Of a DNA stretch of 64,000 bases, positions 62,587 through 64,000 are shown one piece after another. The notes beneath the pieces were generated by a model, which saw only the letters and a list, made by a program, of their open reading frames with translations, did not search any database and had not been told where the DNA came from. The DNA lies in contig JBBAMT010000002.1 in NCBI GenBank assembly GCA_040402355.1, forward strand, positions 11,975 to 75,974, in the 5' to 3' direction. Origin of the DNA: Candidatus Planktophila sp. GTDB lineage: Bacteria > Actinomycetota > Actinomycetes > Nanopelagicales > Nanopelagicaceae. The position numbers and the translations under genes are program-made. Each line of letters begins with the position of its first letter. Positions within the stretch are counted from its first letter, which is position 1.

Positions 62587-63890
62587 AGATTCTCCAGACG
62601 AGCAGTCATCGCTTCACCATGAGCCGGCAGATCTTCAGAGATGGCCAGAGTTACTACGGTGGCGAGGATGTCCGTGAATGCCTTCTGGTCGTACTCAATA
62701 AAGTGCAGACCGCGCAGGAATGTTTGCACTGATAGCCCGCTGCTATGACAGGCGCATCCACCAGTGGGAAGAACGTGATTGGAGCCAGCTGAGTAATCAC
62801 CCAGCGACACTGGCGAGAAGCGACCGATAAAGACTGCTCCGGCATTGCGAATCTGGCGCGCATCTCTTGCTGCATCGCGGGTCTGAATTTCCAGGTGCTC
62901 GGCAGCATAAGCATTTACTACATCAAGACCTTGCGCAATGGAATCTACAAGGACAATTGCTGATTGGATTCCAGAAAGTGCGGTGCGAATTCTCTCTGCA
63001 TGTTTCGTTACAGAGACACGCTGTGCAAGCTCGACTTCTACATCCTGAGCAAGCTGCATTGACGTAGTGACAAGGACTGCTGCTGCGATGACATCGTGTT
63101 CGGCTTGGCTGATGAGATCTGCTGCAACATCGGCAGCGAGTGCGGTCTCATCCGCCAGGATTGCAATCTCAGTAGGACCCGCCTCTGAATCAATACCAAT
63201 AACGCCGCGCAAGGCGCGCTTCGCAGCTGCGACATAGATATTGCCAGGGCCTGTGACGAGATCGCACCTCTGACATACATCTTTCATGCCATAGGCAAAG
63301 AGAGCGATTGCTTGTGCTCCTCCCACTGCATAGACCTCAGTGATGCCCAGTAACGCGCAGGTTGCCAGGATTGTGGGGTGAGGAAGGCCTCCGAACTCTT
63401 TCTGCGGCGGAGATGCAACAGCAATACTGGCTACTTCTGCAATCTGCGCAGGAATGACATTCATCATCACGCTACTGGGATAGACAGCGCGTCCGCCCGG
63501 CACGTAGAGACCGACGCGGTCTACTGGAATCCACTTCTCGGTGACAGTTCCACCATCGACAACAGTTGTACGGCTTTCACCACGAACTTGATCGTTATGC
63601 ACTTTACGAATTCGCGAAGCTGACTCTTCTAGAGCGGTACGAATTGCTGGATCGAGTTGGGCGAGAGCTTCATCCAGCGCTGCTCGCGGAACTCGAATCG
63701 AAGGTGGAGCGACCCCATCAAACTCTTGCGCAAGTGCGATGAGATCTGCCTCGGTACCGTGCTGCACACGATGCAAGATGGGTTCGATCAAGAGCACTGC
63801 TTGGGCAACATCGAGTCGCGCTCGTGGAAGCTCGTTCTGGTAACCAGCCTTATCAAGCGGCTTACCTCTTAAGTCAACGGTGCGAATCAC
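62583..63890 (-). CDS. hisD: histidinol dehydrogenase (GTG start)
   Basis: 435 aa with [11 protein letters not shown] and SQAEHD motifs. 4-nt overlap with hisC. Confidence 0.96.
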   Translation of the reverse strand: MIRTVDLRGKPLDKAGYQNELPRARLDVAQAVLLIEPILHRVQHGTEADLIALAQEFDGVAPPSIRVPRAALDEALAQLDPAIRTALEESASRIRKVHNDQVRGESRTTVVDGGTVTEKWIPVDRVGLYVPGGRAVYPSSVMMNVIPAQIAEVASIAVASPPQKEFGGLPHPTILATCALLGITEVYAVGGAQAIALFAYGMKDVCQRCDLVTGPGNIYVAAAKRALRGVIGIDSEAGPTEIAILADETALAADVAADLISQAEHDVIAAAVLVTTSMQLAQDVEVELAQRVSVTKHAERIRTALSGIQSAIVLVDSIAQGLDVVNAYAAEHLEIQTRDAARDARQIRNAGAVFIGRFSPVSLGDYSAGSNHVLPTGGCACHSSGLSVQTFLRGLHFIEYDQKAFTDILATVVTLAISEDLPAHGEAMTARLENL

Positions 63891-63896
63891 AGCCTC

Positions 63897-63902
63897 ATTC
63901 TA
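63897..63902 (-). promoter_or_regulatory. candidate -10 box TAGAAT six nt upstream of the hisD GTG (possible leaderless his transcript)
   Basis: Minus sense reads TAGAAT-gaggct-GTG. This spacing would place the transcription start at or next to the start codon. No convincing -35 element. Confidence 0.3.
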
Positions 63903-64000
63903 CTTTGCCAATCAAGAGTGATGAGACCTGATTTATTGCAGTAATACTGATGAGTTAGATGCGAATGAGACAGTCAGGTCCCAATATTGCTTTGAGATCT

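Overview
This window is a core chromosomal segment of an actinobacterium. GC is about one half, judged by eye on sampled lines and not computed. Gene packing is very tight, with many 1-, 4- and 8-nt start/stop overlaps and two convergent overlaps. Nearly all of it is recognisable housekeeping, mostly on the minus strand. In coordinate order: a partial TrmH-like methyltransferase, rplT-rpmI-infC, inhA-type fabI and fabG, DUF3099/SURF1, an ABC exporter, sufR-sufB-sufD-Rieske-sufC-sufS-sufU-sufT, ctaA, tkt-tal-pgi, rbpA, secG, tpiA-pgk-gap, whiA-yvcK-rapZ, uvrC-uvrA-uvrB, coaE, rpsA, an MFS transporter, polA, a hotdog thioesterase, livFGMHK, the ANTAR response regulator pdtaR, one tRNA, pyk, gltD-gltB, a VIT-family transporter, lgt, a DsbA/MauE pair, trpA-trpB-trpC-(small ORF)-trpE, hisI, and hisF-priA-hisH-hisB-hisC-hisD. 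I saw no rRNA, CRISPR array, transposase, integrase, prophage or recognisable defence genes, and I cannot support a novel multi-gene system here. The most unusual object is the single tRNA at 43672-43744. It folds as a clean 73-nt class-I cloverleaf but carries a Leu (CAA) anticodon and a Leu-like D arm without the long variable arm expected of bacterial tRNA-Leu. Its 3' end lies 1 nt from the pdtaR start codon. Smaller observations:
- a contiguous, translationally coupled uvrB-uvrA-uvrC block
- a tkt-tal-pgi cluster that stops without zwf-opcA-pgl
- a probable non-AUG infC start
- a TTG-started rpsA with repeated pyrimidine-rich leader elements
- an SD-sequestering helix in the livK leader next to the ANTAR regulator
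- a 57-codon coupled ORF between trpE and trpC
- several palindromes and hairpins in the few intergenic regions
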